In this document: one piece after another, positions 29,568 to 38,013 of the stretch
Position numbering within the stretch: the first letter of the stretch is position 1
Layout: each line of letters begins with the position of its first letter
Origin: an uncultured Acidobacteriaceae bacterium
Lineage (GTDB): Bacteria; Acidobacteriota; Terriglobia; Terriglobales; Acidobacteriaceae
NCBI GenBank assembly: GCA_963819055.1
Contig: CAWFUT010000020.1
Span: 7,561 to 71,560 of the forward strand
Length of the DNA: 64,000 bases
Direction of reading: 5' to 3'
Made by a program: the position numbers and the translations under genes
Notes under the pieces: generated by a model
Database searches by the model: none
What the model was told of the DNA's origin: nothing
What the model saw: the letters and a program-made list of their open reading frames with translations, nothing else

Positions 29568-30113
29568 ATGAAGAAGCTGCTTGTGGCATTGCTGTTGTCC
29601 GGCTTTCTGTTGCCGGCGAGTTATGCCGCGGACAAATCCGATGCCATCCCGGCGCCGAAGATCAAGGTGGGCGACGTGGCTCCTGACTTCACGCTGGAAG
29701 ATCAGAACGGCAAGAAGGTTTCGCTGCACGAATTCCGCGGCAAGAAGAATGTCGCGCTGGCGTTTTACATTTTCGCTTTCACCGGTGGTTGAGCCAAGCA
29801 GATGCAGGCTTTCCAGGCGAATCTCGCCAAGCTGGAAGCCGCAGACACCCAGGTTCTGGGTGTAAGTATGGATTCTCCCTTCTCGAATCGGGCTTGGGCC
29901 CAACAACTCGGAGTTACCTTCCCGCTGCTCAGCGATTGGGGCGGCGATACTACCAGGGAATACGGACTCTACGATCCCGAGTATAAAGCAGCGCGCCGGG
30001 TCAACTACCTGATCGACAAGAATGGCAAGGTCATCGAGATGCAGTTGGATGATGCCGCCATCGATCCGACCAAGGTGGTCGACGCCTGCCAGGCCAAGAA
30101 ACTGAACCGGTAA
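29568..30113 (+). CDS. Secreted AhpE-like 1-Cys peroxiredoxin with an in-frame TGA (29790-29792) at the peroxidatic-Cys position; candidate selenoprotein
   Basis: ORFs 29568..29792 and 29802..30113 are in the same frame and are separated only by a TGA. The joined sequence reads ..NVALAFYIFAFTGG[TGA]AKQMQAFQANL..VLGVSMDSPFSNRAWAQQLGVTFPLLSD... This matches the Prx core FxxAFTGxC, with the stop exactly where the catalytic Cys belongs. GAGGAG precedes the ATG. The signal peptide is MKKLLVALLLSGFLLPASYA. Confidence 0.65.
29807..29840 (+). promoter_or_regulatory. Hairpin 15 nt downstream of the in-frame UGA (possible bacterial SECIS)
   Basis: GGCTT(T)CCAG pairs with CTGGAAGCC. An inner GCGA/TCGC stem tops it, with the apex about 30 nt after the UGA. 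I cannot confirm canonical apical-loop features by eye. Confidence 0.35.
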
Positions 30114-30227
30114 GCAAAAGCCGGGGGTGGCAACGGTCTCGCCACTCCTGAGCGCCGGAATTCCGCTACTGATCGCAGCGCGGAGTCAAGCTCCGTCTGT
30201 AAGATTGAGGGCAGGAGACGAACCAAG

Positions 30228-30989
30228 GTGAAACGTTGGCCGCTGTTGCTAATGACGATGTTCGCGAGTGGTGTGGTGCTTCAGGCGTTCGCGCAGGGCA
30301 TGGCAGCCTCACCGCCGGCTGCTAACCCGCCGCTGGGCAAGATCACGGCAGCCTCCGTGTGGCAGCCACCCCAGGACTTCCTGACCAAAGCTCACAGGGC
30401 TTGCGACACTTCGATGAGTGCAGTCAGCTTTCCCGAATGCTTCATGAACCAGATCTCCGTGGCGGGCGCGCCTCCTGAAGCCGTGGCCTTTACTCGCACG
30501 CTCTACGGGCAGGGCGACGGACAGGTCGGCATCATGAATGCGTTCAAGAGCTTCGGTCCGGTCGACGTCGCTCAAGTGGTTTATCCCTTACGGGCGAACG
30601 ACAACTACGGTCTGCTGCTGGTGAATGGCGATCCGAAGCTGTTGGACGTCGACGATCTGAAGAAGTTGGACCGCACCGCCATGGAACAGGACAGCTGGTA
30701 CCAGGGGTTGAAGAAGAAGTACCCGCAGGTTGACATCTGGCCGGGCGATCGCAGTGCCGGCATTCCCTGGCCTCGCGTTCAGCAATTGCCCGACGGCGGT
30801 ATCGAGTTCATCGTCCCCTATCCGCTCATCAATGGATGCCACGCATGTGAGCATGTAGGGACGGCGCGATTTGGCTGGGAGTTCGATGCCGGAGGAAAGT
30901 TCCTGAGAACGGTTTTCGTGCCTTCGGCGCTGCCGCCCAAGCGGAGGCCAGCCTCGGCCCCACCCGATGCTGCTCCTCCGCAACAATAA
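30228..30989 (+). CDS. Secreted four-Cys (CxxC) protein of unknown function, paralog A
   Basis: GTG start with AGGAG upstream. The signal peptide is MKRWPLLLMTMFASGVVLQAFA. By eye it is roughly 40% identical to the next gene. The conserved features are AxxACD..(F)xxC, GPVD(V/I)A.V.YPLR, LLLVNG, WPGDR and NGCxxCxH. Confidence 0.6.
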   Translation: MKRWPLLLMTMFASGVVLQAFAQGMAASPPAANPPLGKITAASVWQPPQDFLTKAHRACDTSMSAVSFPECFMNQISVAGAPPEAVAFTRTLYGQGDGQVGIMNAFKSFGPVDVAQVVYPLRANDNYGLLLVNGDPKLLDVDDLKKLDRTAMEQDSWYQGLKKKYPQVDIWPGDRSAGIPWPRVQQLPDGGIEFIVPYPLINGCHACEHVGTARFGWEFDAGGKFLRTVFVPSALPPKRRPASAPPDAAPPQQ

Positions 30990-31104
30990 AGTTGCGATCC
31001 ATCCCGTCGCCAAGGCGGGAGGCGCTGATCGTTCATTCAGGTGCGCGGGGCTGCATTCTTGTTCTGCTAAACTCCAGTCACGTTCCAGCAACACAGGGGG
31101 ATGT

Positions 31105-31803
31105 ATGTGTAAGCCACTCGCGCTCTTCGCGTTTGTTGCACTCGCCACGCTTGCGTTTGGGCAAGCCGCTCCGCCACCGATCGATGCTTCCGCTGTGTGG
31201 CAGCCTGGTGGCGACTTTCTTACCACCGCCCGCGCGGCCTGCGACAAAGTAACACCGTCCAGCAAGTTCTCCGATTGCGTCATCAACCAAATGTCCAAGG
31301 CGGGCGCCTCCGCCGATGCCGTGAACTTTACCCGCGAGCTCTATAAGCAGACCGGCGGGGAAGTCGGCATCATGGGGAGTTTCCAGAAAGTCGGCCCGGT
31401 GGATATCGCCTGGGTGCAATACCCGCTGCGCTCAAGCAGTGGGCTGCTGCTGGTCAATGGCAAACCCCGAATCATCAACGCTGAAGACCTGAAGCTGCTG
31501 GACGAAAAGGATATGCAACAGAGTTTCCAGTACCAGGACCTGCAGAGCCAGTTCCCGAGAGTTGGCGTGTGGCCTGGTGATCGCGATGGCAAGACCTGGC
31601 CGAACTCGCAGACCGGCAACAAAGGCGGCCTGCAGTTCATCATCGGGTATCCGTTACGCAACGGATGCGCCACCTGTGCTCATGCGGGATTCGTGCTGTT
31701 TACCTGGAACTTCAATCCCAGCGGAAAGTTTACGGGCACGAGCTTTATGGGGATGACGCCGGCTCCGATTTCGCAATCAGGCCAGAGCACGCCGCAGCAG
31801 TAG
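31105..31803 (+). CDS. Secreted four-Cys (CxxC) protein of unknown function, paralog B
   Basis: The start was moved to the ATG at 31105 (aggggg upstream). The signal peptide is MCKPLALFAFVALATLAFG. It is collinear with paralog A, including NGCATCAH against NGCHACEH, and both end in PQQ. Confidence 0.6.
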   Translation: MCKPLALFAFVALATLAFGQAAPPPIDASAVWQPGGDFLTTARAACDKVTPSSKFSDCVINQMSKAGASADAVNFTRELYKQTGGEVGIMGSFQKVGPVDIAWVQYPLRSSSGLLLVNGKPRIINAEDLKLLDEKDMQQSFQYQDLQSQFPRVGVWPGDRDGKTWPNSQTGNKGGLQFIIGYPLRNGCATCAHAGFVLFTWNFNPSGKFTGTSFMGMTPAPISQSGQSTPQQ

Positions 31804-31828
31804 CTGTGTCAGGTAGACGCGATACGGG

Positions 31829-32011
31829 TTAGTCGTTGTTCCGGATAATGTCGTCGCTGATGGAACAGCGATGGCGGATTTCCGCCAGCTCCAATGCTCG
31901 CAGATCAGGCGCGACCAGAGTATGCAGACACAACTTACACATACTCTCCGGTACTTCGAGAGAATTGTGGCAACGAACGAAGGTCCTCTTCAGCTTTTCC
32001 AAGGTAGTCAC
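31829..32011 (-). CDS. Small Cys-rich protein (60 aa), translationally coupled to the upstream gene
   Basis: The GTG start overlaps the upstream stop (GTGA). It contains CKLCLHTLVAPDLRALELAEIRHRC, a motif shared with the ORF at 39674..39859. Confidence 0.4.
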   Translation of the reverse strand: MTTLEKLKRTFVRCHNSLEVPESMCKLCLHTLVAPDLRALELAEIRHRCSISDDIIRNND

Positions 32012-32376
32012 GATCTTGTCACCTGAAGTCCGGTTCGGCCGAGCAAAACCCTTTTAGAAGGTTGGGTTGCAGGGTCCGCAGCGAACGAGGGCAGGATCAT
32101 AAACACGTGCCCGTTCGCGCAACGATAAGACGTCACATCGGCCAGCGGGCTCACCTCTCCTCCCAAATCGGCGAGAAACGTGGCATCGCGCAGAACGCGC
32201 CGAAGCGCCTCTGAACGACAAACAGGACAGCTCCGCTGAGCATGCATGCTTCCAGCGTAGGCCGTGCAACCAATGCTAGACATCCCCCAACAAGGTAGCC
32301 GGTCTACAACCAAGGTGATAGTGATTGCGGCTACCGCGAGGGCTCGTGCGGATTGAATGTACGCTGCGAAGCGCAT
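32008..32376 (-). CDS. Membrane-anchored/secreted zinc-ribbon-like protein
   Basis: The N-terminus is hydrophobic (ALAVAAITITLVV). The Cys pattern is CPVC...(35 aa)...CANGH. Confidence 0.45.
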   Translation of the reverse strand: MRFAAYIQSARALAVAAITITLVVDRLPCWGMSSIGCTAYAGSMHAQRSCPVCRSEALRRVLRDATFLADLGGEVSPLADVTSYRCANGHVFMILPSFAADPATQPSKRVLLGRTGLQVTRS

Positions 32377-32541
32377 AAAAGCTCCAGATCCGGTCGCGGT
32401 ATTCGTTTTTGTTCAATTTCTGGCTCTGCCGTGAGCTGAGGCCGGGTAAAGTAGTTCTCTTCCAGCCGGAACCGTTGTAAAATCTCCGCGCTCACTCCCA
32501 GCAATTCAGATATTCACGACCTGTATCGCGCCTTTTGCTAG

Positions 32542-33708
32542 ATGACTACTGCGACCGCACAGGAACAGCCTCATCCCGCCCGTCGTCGACGGCGTCACCC
32601 GACGTTCAGCCGGATGTGGCATCGGGACGCTCTGAATCTGTGCGTGGAATTGACCGGACTGCCGGCACTGGTCTCGGTCATCGCAAGTTTCCTCACCTCC
32701 GACCAGAAGATTCTGGCGGCTGCAGCGGTCACCGCTCTTCTGATAGCGATCGGTTTACGATTCTTCCCTCGCATCACGGAAACACATGCTTTGCGTCTGG
32801 TGGTTCCGTGGCTGCTCGTCGTCGGACTGGCCTTGGTCCTGCTGCTGGTATTGGTGGTGCAGCCGCGGCGCACGGCGTCGCTGTCACAACAGTGGCTGGA
32901 CTGGCAGCGTTCGCTGGAGAAATCTGTTGGCGGATGCAGCACTCTAAAAGGCCAGCCACTCGAAGACTGTTTGAGCAGGACGCTTGCGGATGTTCTGCCG
33001 AACCGCCCGAAGGCGACCGCGCACACCGCACAAACAGAGCTTGCACGATCCGTGATGGCGGGGCAGGTACTTCTGGCAAACGAACTGGTGCGGCAGGAGC
33101 TATCGGACCGGCTCAGCGTGGATAACAGGTTCATCGGGACCGGCAATTCGGAGCCGGTGGACGATACCAGCCCGGCCTCGGCCAGGGTGCCGGAATATCT
33201 GGTGCCGAATCTGCCGCAGACCCACGATTGGGTGTGGCTCTGGGAGGTAGGCCTGTCCGATATGCTGGCCGGGACGCCCGTGTTCGATCACACTCTACGC
33301 GATGTGCTGCAGAACGAAACTTCGCAACCTGCAAATTTCAAGTCGGCGCTGGACTGGATCGCGAAAGACCATCTCGCTGTCGACGACAGCTCGGCGCTGG
33401 TCCGCTTCGCTATTCTTGAGCCGAATGGGCCGGTTTTTCCTTCAGGATGCCTGGGAAAGCCTCGCGCCAAGCGGGTCTTCATGAACAGTCTCGGTCCTCT
33501 GCTGGATCTGCCGCTGGCGAAAGCTGCGGTGAATTCCGGATATACGAAAGAGCAGATTAATCCCAACGCGCGCCTGTACATCTGGGTATACGTGCCCACC
33601 GAGGATGTTCAGCCTGTGCGGGCAACTTGGGAAAATGTGCTCGACGACATGCCCGCTTGGATCGAGGACGCGGATTGCAGCCACGCTAAACCCGCCGAAA
33701 AGAATTGA
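32542..33708 (+). CDS. Membrane protein of unknown function
   Basis: The N-terminus is Arg-rich, followed by three hydrophobic helices and then a roughly 270-aa soluble domain. I recognise no motif. Confidence 0.5.
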   Translation: MTTATAQEQPHPARRRRRHPTFSRMWHRDALNLCVELTGLPALVSVIASFLTSDQKILAAAAVTALLIAIGLRFFPRITETHALRLVVPWLLVVGLALVLLLVLVVQPRRTASLSQQWLDWQRSLEKSVGGCSTLKGQPLEDCLSRTLADVLPNRPKATAHTAQTELARSVMAGQVLLANELVRQELSDRLSVDNRFIGTGNSEPVDDTSPASARVPEYLVPNLPQTHDWVWLWEVGLSDMLAGTPVFDHTLRDVLQNETSQPANFKSALDWIAKDHLAVDDSSALVRFAILEPNGPVFPSGCLGKPRAKRVFMNSLGPLLDLPLAKAAVNSGYTKEQINPNARLYIWVYVPTEDVQPVRATWENVLDDMPAWIEDADCSHAKPAEKN

Positions 33709-33791
33709 GGAGATGGTGTCCCCTGCGCTGCGGCAGAAAGGCAAGAAGGTCGTAGTAGGCTGTTGAGCCGCTACTTTGCCAAAGGAAGGTT

Positions 33792-33868
33792 TGGTCGGGG
33801 CGATAGGATTCGAACCTACGACCCCCTGCGCCCAAGGCAGGTGCGCTACCAGGCTGCGCTACGCCCCG
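33792..33868 (-). tRNA. tRNA-Pro (anticodon UGG), CCA encoded
   Basis: The reverse complement is CGGGGCGTAGCGCAGCCTGGTAGCGCACCTGCCTTGGGCGCAGGGGGTCGTAGGTTCGAATCCTATCGCCCCGACCA. It folds as a cloverleaf with a 7-bp acceptor stem, anticodon loop CTTGGGC and T-loop TTCGAAT. Confidence 0.95.
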
Positions 33869-33989
33869 ACTATCTTCGATTATAGCAACCGTTCTGGACT
33901 CTCTTCGCGGTTCCGCTTCACAACACATCGTGCGCTGAGATTGTCGGCTCGTCGCCCAACTGCATCCTCCACCGTATAATGAGAAGTTC

Positions 33990-34517
33990 ATGAACGGACT
34001 CGTTTACGCCGTGGTTGCGTATGTCCGCAGCCCGGTGGGGATCTTCGTTGAGGAACTGCGCCGCGAAATGCATCCGGCACACACTCATGCCGATGCCCAC
34101 ATCACCATCCTGCCTCCGCGTCCGCTCAGCGGCAGCGAAGAGGAAGCTTTGCAACTGCTGACGGAGGTCTGCCGCACTTCGACTCCGTTCGAAGTGGTTA
34201 TGGGCGACGTGGAAACGTTCATCCCGGTCACCCCCACGGTCTTCCTGCGCGTGGCTCGCGGCGCTTACCGTATGCGGGAGTTGCATGACCGGCTGAACCG
34301 CGGCGGTCTTAAATTCAACGAGCCTTGGCCCTATATGCCCCACCTCACCATCGTCAAAATGGACAGGGTGGAAGAGGCCAGCAAAGTAGTCGAGATAGCG
34401 CGTCAGCGTTGGCGCGAATGTAAAGACACCCGTTCCGTTCGCATTGAATCGTTGACTCTGGTGAAGGGGACTGGGGAACGCTGGGTCGACTTGGCGAAAG
34501 CGTCCCTGGGCGGGTAG
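33990..34517 (+). CDS. 2H phosphoesterase / 2'-5' RNA ligase (LigT-like) family protein
   Basis: Two HxT/S motifs are present at the spacing typical of the 2H superfamily: HITILPP and HLTIVK. Confidence 0.75.
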   Translation: MNGLVYAVVAYVRSPVGIFVEELRREMHPAHTHADAHITILPPRPLSGSEEEALQLLTEVCRTSTPFEVVMGDVETFIPVTPTVFLRVARGAYRMRELHDRLNRGGLKFNEPWPYMPHLTIVKMDRVEEASKVVEIARQRWRECKDTRSVRIESLTLVKGTGERWVDLAKASLGG

Positions 34518-34679
34518 TTCGGCTGGAGAACGCTCGTCCGCCTGAAGATCACCTCGCCTGAACCATGACGCTGGCTGTGACGGCACACCTGAAGGTGTCC
34601 TGCAAGACTGATCCCCTCGAGCCTTCCCCCAGCCTCTCAAGCCTGCCGTTTTTAAGGCGGCTCGCCGGTGAGTTTTCCT

Positions 34680-35033
34680 TCACGCCGCTTTCAGCGTGGA
34701 GACGATGGTGTCCAGCAGTTGCTGCGGTTCTCCTTTGCGGACGAAGCCGGATACATAGGGGGCGATGTCTTCCGGCATCCCGTACAGGTCTGAGAGCACC
34801 AGAATCGGAGTGTTGGGGTAGGTACTCCGCAAGCGCTTGGCGACGTCGACGGCCGACAGACCGGCGCCCAGGCGATAATCCAGCACGGCAAGGTCGATAC
34901 TCTCTGCCTCGGGCAAATCGACCGCTTCTCTCTGCACTAGGGCAGGAACCGAGCGAAAGCCGCCGCGCTCGACGACCCACGAATAAATCTTCAGATGAGA
35001 CGGATCGTCGTCCACGATTAAGACGCTCTGCAC
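34680..35033 (-). CDS. Single-domain CheY-like response regulator
   Basis: VLIVDDD, the phospho-acceptor region DLAVLDYRL, ILVLSD and VRKGE (conserved Lys). Confidence 0.85.
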   Translation of the reverse strand: MQSVLIVDDDPSHLKIYSWVVERGGFRSVPALVQREAVDLPEAESIDLAVLDYRLGAGLSAVDVAKRLRSTYPNTPILVLSDLYGMPEDIAPYVSGFVRKGEPQQLLDTIVSTLKAA

Positions 35034-35314
35034 GTATTCACCTTTCTGGGCAGACGCAAGTATATCGGGAGAAGTAGCCGCGCGCGAATGATCCGCAATT
35101 ATTCCCGTTGTCGCAACCTTGCAGGGGCTGCGTCAGGTATTGTCTTCGATCGCGCACCCGAATTTCCGCAACTCCTCGCGTGCTCCCAAGCAACCTGAGT
35201 TGCCGTTCTCGCCATCTAACTCCAGCTTGGGTTGTAACTCTCGGCAAAAGCAGTGGCTTAGGCAAGTCGAAGTCCGGCGCGCAAGCGCCCAGTTGACCCC
35301 GTTTCTAGCCGCTC

Positions 35315-37354
35315 ATGACCACCTCGTCGAAGGCGCATTTATTGTGGCTGGCCGCCGTCCTGCTCCTGGCATGGCAGGTGGCAGTGTCTCGCGACGCCAT
35401 GGCTGCGGATCAGCCCGGTCAGACCGATCAGTCTCTCAAGAATCTCAGCCTCTCCGAGCTCGGCAACATCCAGGTCACCACCGTCTCGAAAGAGCCTGAA
35501 GTTGTCTGGAAGACCCCGGCTGCCATCTTCGTTATCACCCAGCAGGATATTCAGCGCTCCGGCGCGACCAGCATCCCGGAAGCTCTTCGCCTGGCGCCCG
35601 GCGTCGAGGTGGCGCGCATCAGCAGCGATGAATGGTCGATCGGCATTCGTGGCTTCGGCAGCAGGTTGTCGCGTTCCGTGCTCGTCCTGATGGACGGGCG
35701 CATCGTGTACTCGCCATTCACCGCCGGCGTGTACTGGGAGGTGCAGGACTACTTGATGGAAGACATCGACCGTATTGAGGTCATACGCGGTCCGGGTGGA
35801 ACCATCTGGGGACCGAATGCGGTGAATGGCGTCATCAACATCATCACCAAGAGCAGCAAGGATACGCAGGGTGGATTAGTCTCCGGCGGCGCCGGCAACG
35901 TCGAGCAAGGCTTTGGTGAAGCGCGCTACGGGGGCAGCCACGGGTCGGACTTCACCTACCGCATCTATGCCAAAGGTTTTGCGCGCGCCCCTGAGTTCCA
36001 TGCCGACGGCGATAACTATGACTCCTGGCAGGCAGGACAGGCGGGCGTCCGCATGGATTGGAACAAAGGTACTCGCGACTCATTCACATTGTCGGGCGAT
36101 GGCTACTACCAGGGAGCGGGACAGAGTGTCGCGGCATCCACCTATAATCCCCCGGCGAATTTCATTCTGGATGGCACAGCACACTTGTCCGGCGGGAACA
36201 TTCTGTGGCGTTGGAGAAGAACGCTGGGCGAGAAAAAAGATTTCCAGTTCGACGCTTACTATGACCAGACCAGCCGCCACGAGCTGAACTTCGGCGACAT
36301 CCGCAATAACTTCGACGTTGATTTCATCGACCGCTTCCCGCTACCCCGGCAGGAAATTTCCTGGGGAGCAGGCGCCTACATCAGCCACGGTCACGAGATC
36401 GATATTTATTCGGGACTGTACTTTATCCCCTCCAATATCACGGATCAGTACTACACGGCGTTTATCCAGGATGAGATTTCGCTGGTCAACAATAAGCTCT
36501 CGCTCGTGGCCGGCCCACGGTTTCAGCAGACCAACTACACTGGCCCGCTGTTCGAACCTTCTGTGCGACTTCTGTACACGCCGAGCAAGACCCAGACGCT
36601 CTGGGCGGGATTCACCCAGGCAGTGCGCACTCCTGCCGACGTCGAACGCAATTTTTATTTGTCTAGCTACATCGGTCAGGGCGCGAATGGTTTGCCGTTC
36701 TTTGCCCGCTTCAATGGTAATAAGGATTTCCAGTCCGAGCGACTGAACGGCTACGAGCTGGGTTATCGCCGGCTGATTGGACCGAAGTTCTATCTCGATA
36801 TCGCGACTTTCTTCAATCAATATCGCAATCTGCTGAGCGAAGACCTGGCCGGTCCGATCTTTGTGGAAGACAATCCTCCGCCGACCCACGATTTGTTGCC
36901 GGCGGAATTCGGCAACGGACTGATCGCCACCACCGAAGGCGGCGAGATCGCCCCACAATGGCAGCCCAAATCTTTCTGGCGCGTAACCGGTTCCTACTCC
37001 TTCCTGGAAATGCACGTAAAGAGCGCGCCAAACTCCGGAGCGCTGCCCACCGGACCTTCGATTGAGGGCTCCAGCCCGCAACATGAATTTCTGATCCAAA
37101 ACAACTTTGATTTGCCCAAGGCAATCACCGCGGATTTCCAGGTACGTTACGTGAGTAAGCTGCCGGCGCTGCAAATACCCTCATATTGGACCGGCAATCT
37201 CTCGCTGGGATGGAGCCCAAATAAGCAGCTGCTTTTCTCACTGGTAGGCCAGAATCTCTTCCAGCCCTATCATTACGAGTACTCCTACGATCCGCGCGGT
37301 CTGGTTGGAATCGAGCGGTCGATATTTGCTAAGGTCACGTGGTTGTGGAAGTAG
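35315..37354 (+). CDS. TonB-dependent outer-membrane receptor
   Basis: A signal peptide is present. The plug motifs are IPEALRLAPGVEV and IDRIEVIRGPGGTIWGPNAVNGVINIITK. A roughly 500-aa beta-barrel region follows. Confidence 0.85.
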   Translation: MTTSSKAHLLWLAAVLLLAWQVAVSRDAMAADQPGQTDQSLKNLSLSELGNIQVTTVSKEPEVVWKTPAAIFVITQQDIQRSGATSIPEALRLAPGVEVARISSDEWSIGIRGFGSRLSRSVLVLMDGRIVYSPFTAGVYWEVQDYLMEDIDRIEVIRGPGGTIWGPNAVNGVINIITKSSKDTQGGLVSGGAGNVEQGFGEARYGGSHGSDFTYRIYAKGFARAPEFHADGDNYDSWQAGQAGVRMDWNKGTRDSFTLSGDGYYQGAGQSVAASTYNPPANFILDGTAHLSGGNILWRWRRTLGEKKDFQFDAYYDQTSRHELNFGDIRNNFDVDFIDRFPLPRQEISWGAGAYISHGHEIDIYSGLYFIPSNITDQYYTAFIQDEISLVNNKLSLVAGPRFQQTNYTGPLFEPSVRLLYTPSKTQTLWAGFTQAVRTPADVERNFYLSSYIGQGANGLPFFARFNGNKDFQSERLNGYELGYRRLIGPKFYLDIATFFNQYRNLLSEDLAGPIFVEDNPPPTHDLLPAEFGNGLIATTEGGEIAPQWQPKSFWRVTGSYSFLEMHVKSAPNSGALPTGPSIEGSSPQHEFLIQNNFDLPKAITADFQVRYVSKLPALQIPSYWTGNLSLGWSPNKQLLFSLVGQNLFQPYHYEYSYDPRGLVGIERSIFAKVTWLWK

Positions 37355-37395
37355 ATCCTGCAACTTGACTGGCAGCGGAGCAGCGGACGACGATC

Positions 37396-38013
37396 TTGCC
37401 TAAACAAAGCGCTGTCCAAAGTCCGGATCACCCGCACCTCGGCCGGACATTCCGGCGGCCTTGGCTGCTGCTGTTTGTGGTTGCTGCCCTGAGTTGTACC
37501 GTGTGGCCGGCGCCCCAGCCCCTCGCCGCTGCGGATAAATTCTCGCAATACGATGTCGAGGCGGCCTACCTCTTCAACTTCGCGAAGTTCGTAACCTGGC
37601 CGGCAAATGCGCCCGCGCAAAACGGCACATTCAACATCTGCGTTTTCGGAGACGATCCCTTCGGGCCAAGTCTCGACCGCATTATTAGTGGCGAGAAGAT
37701 TGACGGGAAAACTGTAGTCGATAAGAAAATCTCCAGCCCCGAAGAAGCACCCACCTGTTCGATTCTTTACATCAGTTCCTCAGAGGCGGGCCGCCTCAGC
37801 CGGGTACTCAGCGTGGTGAAAGACGCACCAACTCTGACGGTGAGCGATATTCCCGACTTCACGGAGCGCGGCGGCATCATCCAATTTGTCTTACGCGAGA
37901 ATCGGGTGCGCTTTGAAGTCAATCTGATTCCGGTACAGCGCGATCGTCTGACCCTCAGCTCGGAACTCTTGAAGGTAGCCGTAAGCGTAAAGCGCGGGGA
38001 GGGCAGCCGATAA
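37396..38013 (+). CDS. YfiR-family (DUF4154) periplasmic protein (TTG start in the track; exact start uncertain)
   Basis: VEAAYLFNFAKFVTWP, FNICVFGDDPFG, PTLTVSDIPDFTERGGIIQF, RVRFEVNL and LSSELLKVA. Confidence 0.75.
   Translation: MPKQSAVQSPDHPHLGRTFRRPWLLLFVVAALSCTVWPAPQPLAAADKFSQYDVEAAYLFNFAKFVTWPANAPAQNGTFNICVFGDDPFGPSLDRIISGEKIDGKTVVDKKISSPEEAPTCSILYISSSEAGRLSRVLSVVKDAPTLTVSDIPDFTERGGIIQFVLRENRVRFEVNLIPVQRDRLTLSSELLKVAVSVKRGEGSR

Noticed and set aside
29568-30113. Treating 29568..29792 and 29802..30113 as two independent small genes, as the ORF track shows them.
   Set aside because: They share a frame and are separated by a single TGA. The first ORF would be a signal peptide plus half a thioredoxin fold with no catalytic residue. 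The second has no RBS or signal peptide. Together they form one complete Prx domain.
33686-33991. ORFs overlapping tRNA-Pro (33686..33991 on the minus strand and 33776..33979 on the plus strand).
   Set aside because: They are spurious readings across a tRNA gene that has a complete cloverleaf.
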